From assembly GCA_035536155.1 (NCBI GenBank), contig DATLOS010000404.1, positions 1 to 29,525 of the forward strand: a stretch of DNA of 29,525 nucleotides, in the 5' to 3' direction. Under the pieces are notes generated by a model. That model was given only the letters and a program-made list of their open reading frames with translations. It searched no databases and was not told the origin of the DNA. Source of the stretch: Elusimicrobiota bacterium (GTDB lineage: Bacteria > Elusimicrobiota > Elusimicrobia > UBA1565). Below, piece after piece: positions 1-9,058 of this stretch. The stretch's first letter is position 1; the number at the start of each line of letters is the position of its first letter. The position numbers were made by a program, and so were the translations under genes.

Positions 1-363
1 GGGATCTAGACAAAAATCTGGGCCAGGTACCGGCGTTTTTGCGCCGGCCTGAACCGCACAAGCGACCGCGGGTGGCCAACCCGGCGGCCGTGGTGACATA
101 CAGGCTCCGTCGGTTGTGGGGGTCGGGCGGCTCGGGAGATCGCCGGGCCGTTATGGTGGCGATCCCCTCCGCCGGCCCGCCGCCGAGGGCGGCCCACTAA
201 CGTCAGGATGCCCGGAATGGGGGCGTGTTTAGCGCCCCCCAGAGCTCGGCAGATTTACTGGAACATTTCCACCAATGGGGTCTATCGCGGAGCGCGGCGC
301 GAGGCGCACGTATACCAGGCTGCGGGTCTTCATTTTTGGTTGGGGTTTTCGCCCCGACCCTAA

Positions 364-2655
364 ATGGCCGCCCCTGGACCGCCCGCCCGCACCGCGTCGA
401 TCGGCGCCTGGTTCGCGGACCAGTACAAGGCCGCCGTCGGCCTCGGAGGGCTCGAAGGCGGCGCAGCTTTCCGGCGGCTCGCCGCGGCGTTCCCTGTCGC
501 GAGCGGCGACCCTGGTCTGGCGTTCCCCGTCACCTCCCGCCAGCGCGTGATGTCCTCGTTCCTCCACCTTAACCTCCGGTACTCGCTGGGCCGGGCCGGG
601 TACGCCTGGCTCGCCCTGACCGCCGCGCCGGCCGCCGGCGAGCCGGCGGTCTTCGCGGTCGCTTTCTGGCGCCGGGGCGGGAACTCGGGAGCTGCCGAGC
701 CCGAGTACATCAGCGTCGCGCCGACCTTCGAGTCCCGCGATGGCGAGTACCGCTCCCGGTGTCTCTGTTACCCGGCCTTCGCGAGGGCGTGCGACGGCTT
801 CGCCCGCGAATTGGCCCCTTTCGAGGAGGCCGTGCTCGCGCTCGCGGCCCAGAGCGTCCTACATCTGGACGCGCGCGCGAGCGACCCTGCTCTGACGGAC
901 CGCGGACGGGAGCTCCGGCTGGCTCCCCTCGCGCTGGCGGCCGCGCTGGCCCTCGACCTGGCGGTGGCGGTCGGCGGCGCCCTGCCCGCCCACACGAGCG
1001 TGCCCTACCTCCACCTGCTGGGCGCCGTCGCGGCGGCGAAGCCGGGGCTCGCCGAGCGCTCTGAAGCGCTCGTCCGGGAAGCGCCGGCGCTGTTCAACGC
1101 CCTCTCCCGCGGCAGCGCTGACAGCCTCCAGGTCACCTGCGGCCTAAAGCTTGTGCCGATGAGCCTGCGGGACGTGATGGAGGTCCGCGACGAGACCTAC
1201 GCCGCGTGGCGCGAGCTCGCCGCGGCGCAAGCCGCGACGGATCTGGTCATCAACTTCGTCGCGCCGGGCGCGCCGCTCCATGGCGGCTGGGCCTACGTCG
1301 AAGGCGCCGGGCCCGACCTCTACGAGAACCCGGCGATGGCCGCCCGCTTCCAGCGCAGCGCGGCCGCGGCCGAGGCGCTCGCCAGCCTGCGCGAAGCTCG
1401 GCGGCGCCTCGTGGCGCTGCCGGCGACCCGCCATGTCGACGAGCTCCGCGCCCGGCTCTTCAAAGACATCACGTTCGCTCAGAGCTTCCTGCTGATGTCC
1501 TCGACCGCGATGCTCCACGCGATGGAGAACGTCGGCTGGAGCCTGGCGGCCCATGGCGCGGTCGTCCGGCGAGCGCCGGCCGCACGGGACGGCTCGGTGC
1601 GCGTGACGTACCTTCGGGCCTTCGCCACCGAGGACGCCGGTGCGCGCCTGCTCTTCGACCTGGCCTACACCGCGCGCTGCCTCCACGCGAAGCTGGGCAT
1701 CGCCCACACGGACCTCCACAGCAACAACGTGACCTACTTCGAGTGGGGCGTGCGCGACCGCCCGCCCGGCTGGCCGCGGACTGGCGAGCCGTTCTACACC
1801 GACCCGCTGGTCGCGTACGTCGCGGGCCCGCGGGGCGAGGCAGACACCTTCCTCTTCCCGGCCGCGGGCGACGGATGCTTCATCGTCGACTTCAGTCGGT
1901 GCATCCTCGGGCCGGCGTTCCGCGCGCGGCTCGAGGCTGGGCACCCGGGGCGCCGCGCCGAGGCCTTCTACCGCGGACAGACCAACCGCGCCCTGCGGGC
2001 GCTCGCGCGCTACGCGCCCGAGTTCGTCGTCCCGCGCCAGGCCGCCCTGAAGGCCGCGCTCCTCTCGAGCTTCGACGCCGCGTTCGAGGTCCTCTGCCTC
2101 GTCGACTTCATCGCGCTCGGCGCGAACGTGGGCGGCGCCCTGCGCGCGATGGCCGCGGTCGAGGAGAAGGGCGACCTCCGGCGCTTCGAGGTCGCGCCGC
2201 GGGTCCTGGAGCTGGCGGCCGAGCTGGAGCGCGCCGCGCGCGAGGCCTTCATCGAGGGGCTCGCCGGCCTCGCCGCCGGCAAGCCGCGGCCGAAGGCCGA
2301 CGTCGGCGCCGGCCTCCTCCGGCAGGTCTTCGGCGACTGGCTGTTCCCGCGCTGGGCTGCGCGCGCGCCGGAGCGCCTCGCCCGCGCGCAGCTCGTCGAC
2401 GCCTTCAACTACAACAACGAGCTGAAGGCGACCTGCAGCGACTACGAGCGCTTCCCGCCGTGGGCGCGGCTCGAGACGATCGCGGAGCACCTCGCGCCGC
2501 TCAAGCTGGAGGCGCTCTTCGAGCGCGGGCCGGACGCCTTCCTCGCCTCGCTCGGCGTCGGGGCGCGCGTCGAGGTCGTCGCCGCCGAGACCCGGGCCGA
2601 GCAGGAGAAGCTCGATGGGCCGCCGGCCGCGACCTCGTCCTGGCTGGACGACTGA
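364..2655 (+). CDS. C717R: ASFV C717R-like protein with protein-kinase-like fold (763 aa)
   Basis: Blocks PEYISVAPTFESRDGEYR, CGLKLVP, AWREL, DLVINFVAP, SFLLMS, LLFDLAY, HTDLHSNNVTY, IVDFSRCILGP, DAFNYNN and FPPWAR match ASFV C717R as recalled. Strong GC3 bias, TAAATG start context, and position directly upstream of an RPB9 homolog as in ASFV. Confidence 0.9.
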   Translation: MAAPGPPARTASIGAWFADQYKAAVGLGGLEGGAAFRRLAAAFPVASGDPGLAFPVTSRQRVMSSFLHLNLRYSLGRAGYAWLALTAAPAAGEPAVFAVAFWRRGGNSGAAEPEYISVAPTFESRDGEYRSRCLCYPAFARACDGFARELAPFEEAVLALAAQSVLHLDARASDPALTDRGRELRLAPLALAAALALDLAVAVGGALPAHTSVPYLHLLGAVAAAKPGLAERSEALVREAPALFNALSRGSADSLQVTCGLKLVPMSLRDVMEVRDETYAAWRELAAAQAATDLVINFVAPGAPLHGGWAYVEGAGPDLYENPAMAARFQRSAAAAEALASLREARRRLVALPATRHVDELRARLFKDITFAQSFLLMSSTAMLHAMENVGWSLAAHGAVVRRAPAARDGSVRVTYLRAFATEDAGARLLFDLAYTARCLHAKLGIAHTDLHSNNVTYFEWGVRDRPPGWPRTGEPFYTDPLVAYVAGPRGEADTFLFPAAGDGCFIVDFSRCILGPAFRARLEAGHPGRRAEAFYRGQTNRALRALARYAPEFVVPRQAALKAALLSSFDAAFEVLCLVDFIALGANVGGALRAMAAVEEKGDLRRFEVAPRVLELAAELERAAREAFIEGLAGLAAGKPRPKADVGAGLLRQVFGDWLFPRWAARAPERLARAQLVDAFNYNNELKATCSDYERFPPWARLETIAEHLAPLKLEALFERGPDAFLASLGVGARVEVVAAETRAEQEKLDGPPAATSSWLDD

Positions 2656-2737
2656 GCCCGGTCACAGGCCGTCGGCCGCGATCTCGCCCTGGCTGGACGG
2701 CTGAGCTCGGTTTGAAGGCTGCCGCGCGGCACCAACG

Positions 2738-3262
2738 ATGCACTTCTGCGCGGTCTGCAGCCGCGCGATGCGGCGCGTGTGTCTCTCAGGTGTCGTGGTC
2801 TTCCGGTGCGCCTGCGGCCGGGAAGAGAAGGGCGGGCCCGACGACGCGCGGATCGGCGGGCGCAGCGTCGGCGTCTCGAGCACGGGCGATACCTTCCACA
2901 CCCTGATCCGCAACGCGCCGTTCGACCGCACGAACAAGGTCGTCAAGCGCGACTGCGTCACCTGCGGCCTCGACTACATGACCCAGCTCCGGCTCGGCAC
3001 GGCCGAGATCGTGATCTACCGCTGCAAGTGCGGGCGCCAGGAGGACGCCGGAGGCGTGGCGTCCGTGCCGGGCGTGATGCCTCCGGTCGTAAGCGGGCCT
3101 GGGCTGGCCGAGACGAAGTACCCTGAAATCCCGCTGCCCGAGCCGGAGCCGGAGCCGCCAGAGCGGGCGGCGCGCGGCGGCCCGAAAAAGGGCGAGCCGG
3201 CCGGGTCGGCCGGAAGCCCGAGCTCGAGCCGGGCCGGGCGCGGCCCGGCTACAGGCCCTTGA
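2738..3262 (+). CDS. C122R: Viral RNA polymerase subunit RPB9-like (ASFV C122R/C105R homolog) with Pro/Gly-rich C-terminal tail
   Basis: Two Zn ribbons (CAVC...CACG and CVTC...CKCG) and the IRNAPFDRTN..KRDC..C.LDYMTQ motif, matching recalled ASFV IKNAPFDPTN..KKDCPNCHLDYLTQ. GTTTGAAG lies 20 nt upstream. Confidence 0.9.
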   Translation: MHFCAVCSRAMRRVCLSGVVVFRCACGREEKGGPDDARIGGRSVGVSSTGDTFHTLIRNAPFDRTNKVVKRDCVTCGLDYMTQLRLGTAEIVIYRCKCGRQEDAGGVASVPGVMPPVVSGPGLAETKYPEIPLPEPEPEPPERAARGGPKKGEPAGSAGSPSSSRAGRGPATGP

Positions 3263-3770
3263 GGCTCCGCAAGGCGGGCGCGGGGCTCCGCCGGACATGG
3301 GTGGCGGGCGCGATTCGCGCCCGCGCCGGCGCCATCCGGTCGCCGATCTCGCGGTGCGAGTGGCGCTCTATCGCGGCCGTCGCCTCGCGCAGCGCCACCG
3401 GAGCGAGAGACACCCGCAGGCTTTTTGTGTACTCTTCCTCCGATCCGAGCGCGAGCCTCGAGCGGTCGATGCCCCGGTGGGCGAGCAGGCAGGCGTCCGC
3501 GGCGATCGTGAACATACGGCGCGGGGGGTGCTGGTAGAGCTTGCCAAGGGCCGCTATTTCCTTGGCGAGGGCCGGGTCGCCGCCGGATCGCAGCAGCGTG
3601 TACGACTCCCTGAAGAAGGCCATGAAGGCGCGACTGAATGCATCACGCGCGTCCCGCAGCCGCAGGGCGGGTCTCTCGCCGGGTGACAGGAGCGCGAACA
3701 GCGCAGCTTCCGCGCGGACGGCGCAATGGACGATGAAGTCTGCCAGGGCGGCTCCGCACGCTTCGGCCAT
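3249..3770 (-). CDS. Hypothetical helical protein, family D copy 1 (173 aa)
   Basis: Clear paralog of 8399-8971. Start placed at ATG 3770 from the paralog alignment and the shared TTTTGAA upstream element. A minus-strand T5 tract follows at 3185-3189. Confidence 0.7.
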   Translation of the reverse strand: MAEACGAALADFIVHCAVRAEAALFALLSPGERPALRLRDARDAFSRAFMAFFRESYTLLRSGGDPALAKEIAALGKLYQHPPRRMFTIAADACLLAHRGIDRSRLALGSEEEYTKSLRVSLAPVALREATAAIERHSHREIGDRMAPARARIAPATHVRRSPAPALRSLKGL

Positions 3771-3794
3771 TTCGACACCGAGAACGGATTCAAA

Positions 3795-4385
3795 ATGGGC
3801 CAGACGCTCAACCCGGCTCTGCCACGCCTGGCGGCCGGAATGGCGGCCTTCGCGGCGCTCTGGGCGGCGGGGGCCGCGACCTGCGACTTCCCGCGCCTCC
3901 GGTCTTGCGCGATCCGCGCCCACACTTGCGTCTACTGGCGCCTCCCGTGCGGCGCTATCGACCGCCTCACCGTGGAGCTGTCGGCCGCGAACGGCTGGGT
4001 GCAGATCTTCCTGGTCCCCGAGGGCGAGGGTCTCTGCGGCGGCTTCGGGGCGCGCCGGCTCTGCGGCCGCCCGCGCGGCGCGACGAGGTGCCACTCGACC
4101 CTGCCTGTTGCGATCGACGGAGCGTGCCTCCTTGTGCTGAAGAACACGAACCTCTTCGAGGACGTGCTCGTCGACGGGACGTTCTCTGCGGCCTTCGAGC
4201 CCAAGGTCCTCGCCGGCGCGAGCTCAGAGAGCTCGGACGGGGTGATCGCCCTGATCGCGCGGATCGTTCTCTGCGCCGCGCTGTTCTTATGCGCCGCGGC
4301 GTGCGCGCGGAGCCGGCGTCGCGCAGCAGGAGCTCCCGGCACAGAAAGAGAGCCGGTACAGGACCCGGCGCGAGAGCCTGTCTAG
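3795..4385 (+). CDS. Predicted type I membrane protein with a Cys-containing beta-rich ectodomain (196 aa)
   Basis: AAAATG start, hydrophobic leader (LAAGMAAFAALWAAGAA), alternating beta-strand pattern, and C-terminal TM (VIALIARIVLCAALFLCAAAC) followed by RSRRR. Confidence 0.65.
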   Translation: MGQTLNPALPRLAAGMAAFAALWAAGAATCDFPRLRSCAIRAHTCVYWRLPCGAIDRLTVELSAANGWVQIFLVPEGEGLCGGFGARRLCGRPRGATRCHSTLPVAIDGACLLVLKNTNLFEDVLVDGTFSAAFEPKVLAGASSESSDGVIALIARIVLCAALFLCAAACARSRRRAAGAPGTEREPVQDPAREPV

Positions 4386-4909
4386 CCCGCCCCCGAGGGG
4401 CTGGCCGTCCTCGAGCGCGAGCCCGATCCGGCGCAGGTGCTGTTATGGGCGTCCCAGTCGATCTTCTGGCAAAGCCGGTCGCAGTATTGGGCCTGCCGGC
4501 ACTTGGTGCACTTCCTGAGGGAGCCTGCCTGGCCACATGCCGTGCATGTCTCGTCTGTGAGGTCGATTTGATCTCGGCCATCCGCCAGGCGCTCGACGCG
4601 GCCGGAACCGCGAGCGCGCCGCGATTCGGCCTGCTTGCGTGCGAGCGCTTTTTTGAACACGCCGATGCAGCGCGCCGAGCACGCCATTAGCACGTAAGTG
4701 GACGTGGGCGCCGTGAAGATAGCTGGGCGGTCGGATTCGCAGACAGCGCAGCCGAGGGCAAGCCGGCCCTCGCATGTCTCCCAACACCGCGAACAGACGT
4801 AAAGGAAGCCGGCGCGGGCGGCGACGCGGTGGCCGAGTCGCCCGCACCTGAAACATTCCTTTATGGTCGGGCGGGCCTTGCGCGGGCTCGGTCGAGCGAA
4901 GACAGCCAT
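4382..4909 (-). CDS. Cys-rich Zn-finger protein with C-terminal MYND finger (175 aa)
   Basis: CTAC..CTKCRQAQYCDRLCQKIDWDAHNSTC fits the MYND consensus. N-terminal 8-Cys module. AAATTTGA lies 19 nt upstream. Confidence 0.8.
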   Translation of the reverse strand: MAVFARPSPRKARPTIKECFRCGRLGHRVAARAGFLYVCSRCWETCEGRLALGCAVCESDRPAIFTAPTSTYVLMACSARCIGVFKKALARKQAESRRARGSGRVERLADGRDQIDLTDETCTACGQAGSLRKCTKCRQAQYCDRLCQKIDWDAHNSTCAGSGSRSRTASPSGAG

Positions 4910-4971
4910 TCCGACCCAAAACTCGCCTCAAATTTACCGAGCCCAGAACTGAACCCGCCCTCGGGGGCAAA

Positions 4972-5457
4972 ATGGAACAGCCCGTACTGCGCATCCCGGG
5001 GTTGCCCTGTTCTGTCCTGATCCGTCTGGCCCTCACCGCCCTGACAGACGAGAGCTTTCGCATCCGGAAGAGCATCGGCCCCTCGACCGCCGCGCAGGTG
5101 CTGTACGCCGTGCTCGCGCCGGAGCCCGGCCATGGTCTGCGGATCCCGGAGCTGGAGACCCTGCGCGCCGAATTGTTCGCGATGGCCGCGGATGAGGGAT
5201 GCCCCGAAACTCGGCGGCTCCGGAGCGGAACAGGCCCGGGGCCGTGGTGCCGCTCGCGCTCGGCCGGCGGCCCTCCGTACAACCGGCTCACCGCCATCCT
5301 CTTGCGAGTAGAGAGGATCACCGGGGTGATCGAGCGCGCGGAAGAGGCGCTCTTCCGCTGCGCCGTCTGGCAGCTGGCTCGCCTGGTGGAGGCCGCGCTC
5401 GCCTGCCCTGGCGGCGCCCCTGCGCCGCACCGGCGCGCCGACCACAAAAACAGCTAG
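4972..5457 (+). CDS. Hypothetical protein, family C copy 1 (161 aa)
   Basis: N-terminus aligns with 9059-9601 and 10163-10555 (PGxP..RLA..LT..RxRxSxxPS.A..VL.AV..P.PG). AGAACTGAA upstream and T5 at 5611-5615. Confidence 0.7.
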   Translation: MEQPVLRIPGLPCSVLIRLALTALTDESFRIRKSIGPSTAAQVLYAVLAPEPGHGLRIPELETLRAELFAMAADEGCPETRRLRSGTGPGPWCRSRSAGGPPYNRLTAILLRVERITGVIERAEEALFRCAVWQLARLVEAALACPGGAPAPHRRADHKNS

Positions 5458-7091
5458 ATCCCGAGGGGGTACTCGATGGAGGAGCCCTTCCTCTGCAACC
5501 TGATCGCGCGGAGCAGGCGCGGGTTGTCCGCGGCTGGGATTGCGAGATCGAAGAACTCGAGCCGGCCCGATGCCGCGAGCACCTGAATGCGATACAGCGC
5601 CAGTTTGTTCTTTTTACCCCCCGGGGCGATGTCGCACTGATGCTTCCAGTAGAGCGGTTCGGTAGTCCCGCCCCGGAACTGGGCGCAGTGCCGCTCGAAC
5701 TCAGGGTCGGGCGTTGGCTCGGCCCGGAACAAGCGGAACATGGCCTTGTCGACGGCGCGTCTGAATTCTTGCGGAACCTCCGGAGGGATGCACACCTCGA
5801 TGTCGAAGTCCCCCGGCTCGAGCGCAGCTGCGCTCATCGGGGTATCCGTCTCGAGCGCGGTGGCCACCGAAGGGCTGAGCTTGGCGCACACGCGGTCGAA
5901 ATGGAAGCGCATCGCCGCGCCGCCCTTCACCAGGATAAACGCGGCAGATGCCCACGAGCCGAGTGCGGCCGCAACTACGGTCGCGGCCTTCCCGGCCAGC
6001 CGGTGCGCCAGGGCCACCGCACAGGGCGCGCGGTTCAGGCGGCTCGTGTCAGTCTCTTCGCGGGGCGGTTGGGGCGCGAACTTCGGCGCTCCTCCGCCCT
6101 GTTTCAGGCGCTGGAGCAGTTGCGCGAGGCATCGCCGGGCCTTCCTTTTCGCCTGTTTCAGCTCGTTGCCCTCCTTCTCGCAATCCCGCTGCTCCTCGAT
6201 GTACTCGCTGAGGGGCGACACGTACACTGGGAGGGTGTCCAAGGGCGTGAACGTATGCGCCTCCGCCGAAAGGTCCGTCAGCCGCGCCATAGCAGGCACG
6301 ACGGTCTCGGGGCGCGCCTTGCTCTCCTTCATTTCGCCATCTGCTGCTATCCTGTCCGCGGCTCGAGATCCATCCACGTTCCTTTCCGTTTCTGGGCGAT
6401 CCTCAGTGCCGGCAGTTCCCCCGTGGCGGTACATGTCGAGCTCCCGTTTCGCGCGGGCCAGCTCGATCTGGCACTCTTCCAGCGCTATGAGAGCGGCGCG
6501 CACTGCGCGCTCCTGGGCGCGGCATCCTTCGCATCTCCGTTTATCGTCTCGGCCTAGTTCGGTCGGACGGCCAGGCTGCGGAGGCTGGCCCCCGAAGGGG
6601 CCGCCATACGCTTGCCGGCCGCGTCCTCCGCGACGCCTACGTTTCCTGGCCTGGCCCTGTCCGTCAAGCCCGCCGGGCTGCTGGGGCGGGCCCCGAGAGC
6701 CGTCGAATTCCTTGCGCTCGATCCATCTCTCGGGCGGACTGCGCTTCTCGCTCGCCTGGGGCGGATGCTCCCCCTGTTTCGCGCGCTCCACACGCTCCGC
6801 GCGTTTCTTTTGCCTTCGGCGCTCCAACGCCCCCCGCCCCCCACGATGGCCCTGTCTGCGCCGGCTGCCAGAGGATTCGTGTTCGGATGGATCGGGGTTC
6901 TCCTCTTCCTTGAGGACCCGAGGGCGATCGCGCGGGTCGGCCTGGGCCGGCGGGATCCTTCGCGGTCCGTGCCACCTTATGGGCCTCCGGGTCTCCTCCT
7001 CTCTGGCGGGGCCCGGTCCCCGCGGCTCGCGGTCTGACAGATCGGATGCTTCCATCTGATCTGCCCATGACAACATGGATTTGGCGGCCAT
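5454..7091 (-). CDS. Low-complexity/coiled-coil protein with putative C-terminal Pol-beta-superfamily nucleotidyltransferase domain (545 aa)
   Basis: GATTGAAG 20 nt upstream supports the 7091 start. C-terminal ILVKGGAAM...GDFDIE...FFDLAIP resembles the NTase hG[GS]..DxD..D signature. The gene is well supported; the function is inferred. Confidence 0.6.
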   Translation of the reverse strand: MAAKSMLSWADQMEASDLSDREPRGPGPAREEETRRPIRWHGPRRIPPAQADPRDRPRVLKEEENPDPSEHESSGSRRRQGHRGGRGALERRRQKKRAERVERAKQGEHPPQASEKRSPPERWIERKEFDGSRGPPQQPGGLDGQGQARKRRRRGGRGRQAYGGPFGGQPPQPGRPTELGRDDKRRCEGCRAQERAVRAALIALEECQIELARAKRELDMYRHGGTAGTEDRPETERNVDGSRAADRIAADGEMKESKARPETVVPAMARLTDLSAEAHTFTPLDTLPVYVSPLSEYIEEQRDCEKEGNELKQAKRKARRCLAQLLQRLKQGGGAPKFAPQPPREETDTSRLNRAPCAVALAHRLAGKAATVVAAALGSWASAAFILVKGGAAMRFHFDRVCAKLSPSVATALETDTPMSAAALEPGDFDIEVCIPPEVPQEFRRAVDKAMFRLFRAEPTPDPEFERHCAQFRGGTTEPLYWKHQCDIAPGGKKNKLALYRIQVLAASGRLEFFDLAIPAADNPRLLRAIRLQRKGSSIEYPLGI

Positions 7092-7177
7092 TAGATTCCC
7101 TCCAACATGGTCTTCAATCCGGACCTCTGCGCGGGCACTGCCCTGGCGGGACCCGCGGCAGCAAAACCGCCCAATAT

Positions 7178-8278
7178 ATGGATCTACGTCAGGTTGCGGC
7201 AGTCGCGGTCACTGTGTTGGTCTGCGTCCTCGCGTTGGCCCTGATGGCCCTTGCTGTCCGCCAGCATGGAGGCCCGCGCGGCGCCCGGAGTGTGCGCGGC
7301 GGCGGCGAAGAAACACTGGTCCTCCACGCGGCCGACCAGGCGATGGCTCTGCTGAGAGAAACCCCGCAGGTGCCCCCGGGAGTCTCGGGCGGGGCAAGGC
7401 GGGCGGCGCGCGAACCCCGCACCGTTTCGGTCCGCGAACCCCGCTCCATCCCGGAATGCTCGCGCGTGCGGGAGAGATTCTCGACCTGGAAAGCTTTATT
7501 GAGTGACCCGGCCGCCCTGAAGGAGCACCTCGCCGACTGCGAAGCGGTGTGGGGCGGTGTCCAGCTTGACTGGAGTGGCGTTTTCGCCGAGATTGGTCCA
7601 GCGGTTGCTGACGGGACGAGGGAGTACGGGGGGCGCATTGACGTCGAGCCCGGCCGTCCTTGGCGGCTCAAGATCGTTCAGCTCGAAGCCGGGCATGTGA
7701 CAAAACCCGGCGAGCTTCCGCACATCTCCGTCGACATCTCCGATAAGTACCGCCCACGCCCGGCCCTGTTCTGTTTCCACACCCATCCGACGATTGGCGA
7801 GTTCTTGGCCCCTGTGCCGTCCGCAATGGATCTGGCCTCGGCAACAATAGACGCGTTCAGCACATGCACTGCGGCGGATGTCGTCCTTTCGGGCTGTGGA
7901 GCGGCCATTTACGGCCCCGGGCGACTCTTTCGCCGGCGGGTCTACGGTCCTGGGCTTGTCGCCGAACCTTCGTCCGACCAGCTTTACCGCACTTTTCGCG
8001 CGGCGCGCGATATCCTGATGGTTGTGAGCGCGACAGGGAGCTGCCGCCCGATTTACCTGAGAGACTTCGGTCGGGTGATACGGGATTACGACCAGGTGTT
8101 CGATTTCGTGCCGAACGGGCTCCTGCCGGGCCACCCTTGTTGGCGCGCGTGGGTGAATCAGGATCCGCACCCGAATATTCGTGCAGTACTCGACGGCTTG
8201 GCTAAGAACATCGCACAGGCGAAGAAAACGGCCCTGAGTTGCAAAGAGACGAGCTCCGACGAGAAGACTTCAGCCTGA
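7178..8278 (+). CDS. F317L: F317L-like protein, copy 1, with N-terminal TM anchor and intact JAB/JAMM motif (366 aa)
   Basis: REYGGRI...PALFCFHTHPT...PSAMD resembles recalled ASFV F317L (REWCGRI...PAMFVFHTHPN...PSICD). TATATG start and hydrophobic N-terminus. Confidence 0.8.
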   Translation: MDLRQVAAVAVTVLVCVLALALMALAVRQHGGPRGARSVRGGGEETLVLHAADQAMALLRETPQVPPGVSGGARRAAREPRTVSVREPRSIPECSRVRERFSTWKALLSDPAALKEHLADCEAVWGGVQLDWSGVFAEIGPAVADGTREYGGRIDVEPGRPWRLKIVQLEAGHVTKPGELPHISVDISDKYRPRPALFCFHTHPTIGEFLAPVPSAMDLASATIDAFSTCTAADVVLSGCGAAIYGPGRLFRRRVYGPGLVAEPSSDQLYRTFRAARDILMVVSATGSCRPIYLRDFGRVIRDYDQVFDFVPNGLLPGHPCWRAWVNQDPHPNIRAVLDGLAKNIAQAKKTALSCKETSSDEKTSA

Positions 8279-8398
8279 TGGGCGTCGGATTGCGGCCCTC
8301 TTCGCAACGGGCGGTCCCCGGACACGACCTCCGGCCTCGAGACCGCGATGGCCAGGACGCGCAAAAACGGCGATAGGAATCTCTGCGATAGGTTGAGC

Positions 8399-8971
8399 CT
8401 ACTCGGTGCCTCCTTTTTGGCCCTCGCGCGCGCGGTGCGCCTTGGATAGCTGTGCCGGGCAGCCCCGATCGCTTTGCTCTCCCGGCGCGAACAGCACATA
8501 GTTCGGGTCCATCTTGCGGATGTCGGTCCTCGTGCACTTATGGTAATGGCTGGCGGTCCTCCTGGCTGCCGCGCGCGCGGCCGGCTCGACCTGGGCGTGC
8601 AGGCTCTCGGCGTACACCTCTGCAGACTCGATCAGGAGCCTCGTGCGGTCGATGCGGCGATGGACCCTCATGCAGAGACCCGCAAGGATCATCAGCATGC
8701 AGAAGGGGAAGTGTCCGAGCGGGCGACCCATGCTCTCTAACTCTTGGGTGAACTTGGGATCCTCGCCTCGGCACATTGACCCGTATACGGTCTGGAAGAA
8801 GTCGGCGAACGCGGCATCGAAGGCTTTACCTGCATCCGGCCGCTGCAGGACGGGTCTCTCGTCGGCCCCCAGGGTCTTGAACAGGGCCCTCTCGGAGCTG
8901 ACGATGTAGTGGGTGACCTGGGCCGCCAGCTTATCGATCAGTTGCTTTTCGTTTCGCTTCGCGTCCGCCAT
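8399..8971 (-). CDS. Hypothetical helical protein, family D copy 2 (190 aa)
   Basis: Paralog of 3249-3770 (ERALF..L..DERP.L..PDA..AF..AFA.FF...Y....G.DP....RIDR.RL.I.S.E.Y..SL). AAAATGG start, TTTTGAA upstream, T5 at 8363-8367. Confidence 0.7.
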   Translation of the reverse strand: MADAKRNEKQLIDKLAAQVTHYIVSSERALFKTLGADERPVLQRPDAGKAFDAAFADFFQTVYGSMCRGEDPKFTQELESMGRPLGHFPFCMLMILAGLCMRVHRRIDRTRLLIESAEVYAESLHAQVEPAARAAARRTASHYHKCTRTDIRKMDPNYVLFAPGEQSDRGCPAQLSKAHRAREGQKGGTE

Positions 8972-9058
8972 TTTCATGTCGAAAGGGGCTTCAAAAGTGG
9001 CCCGCGTGGCGGCGTCGTTCGGCTCGCCCATAGAATTGAAGTCGCCCAAAGGTCAGAA

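Noticed and set aside
6-340. Possible small minus-strand ORFs (6-197; 34-aa MKTRSLV... from the AAAAATG near 333; an ORF from 99 running off the edge)
   Set aside because: Promoter-like and T5 signals are present, but no frame has coding support or a recognisable motif.
5454-8278. CBASS-like reading of NTase + JAB (+ distant 2TM protein)
   Set aside because: Eukaryotic-virus context, divergent orientation, different promoter classes, no E1/E2 or cyclic-nucleotide sensor, and the JAB gene is an F317L-type virion family member.
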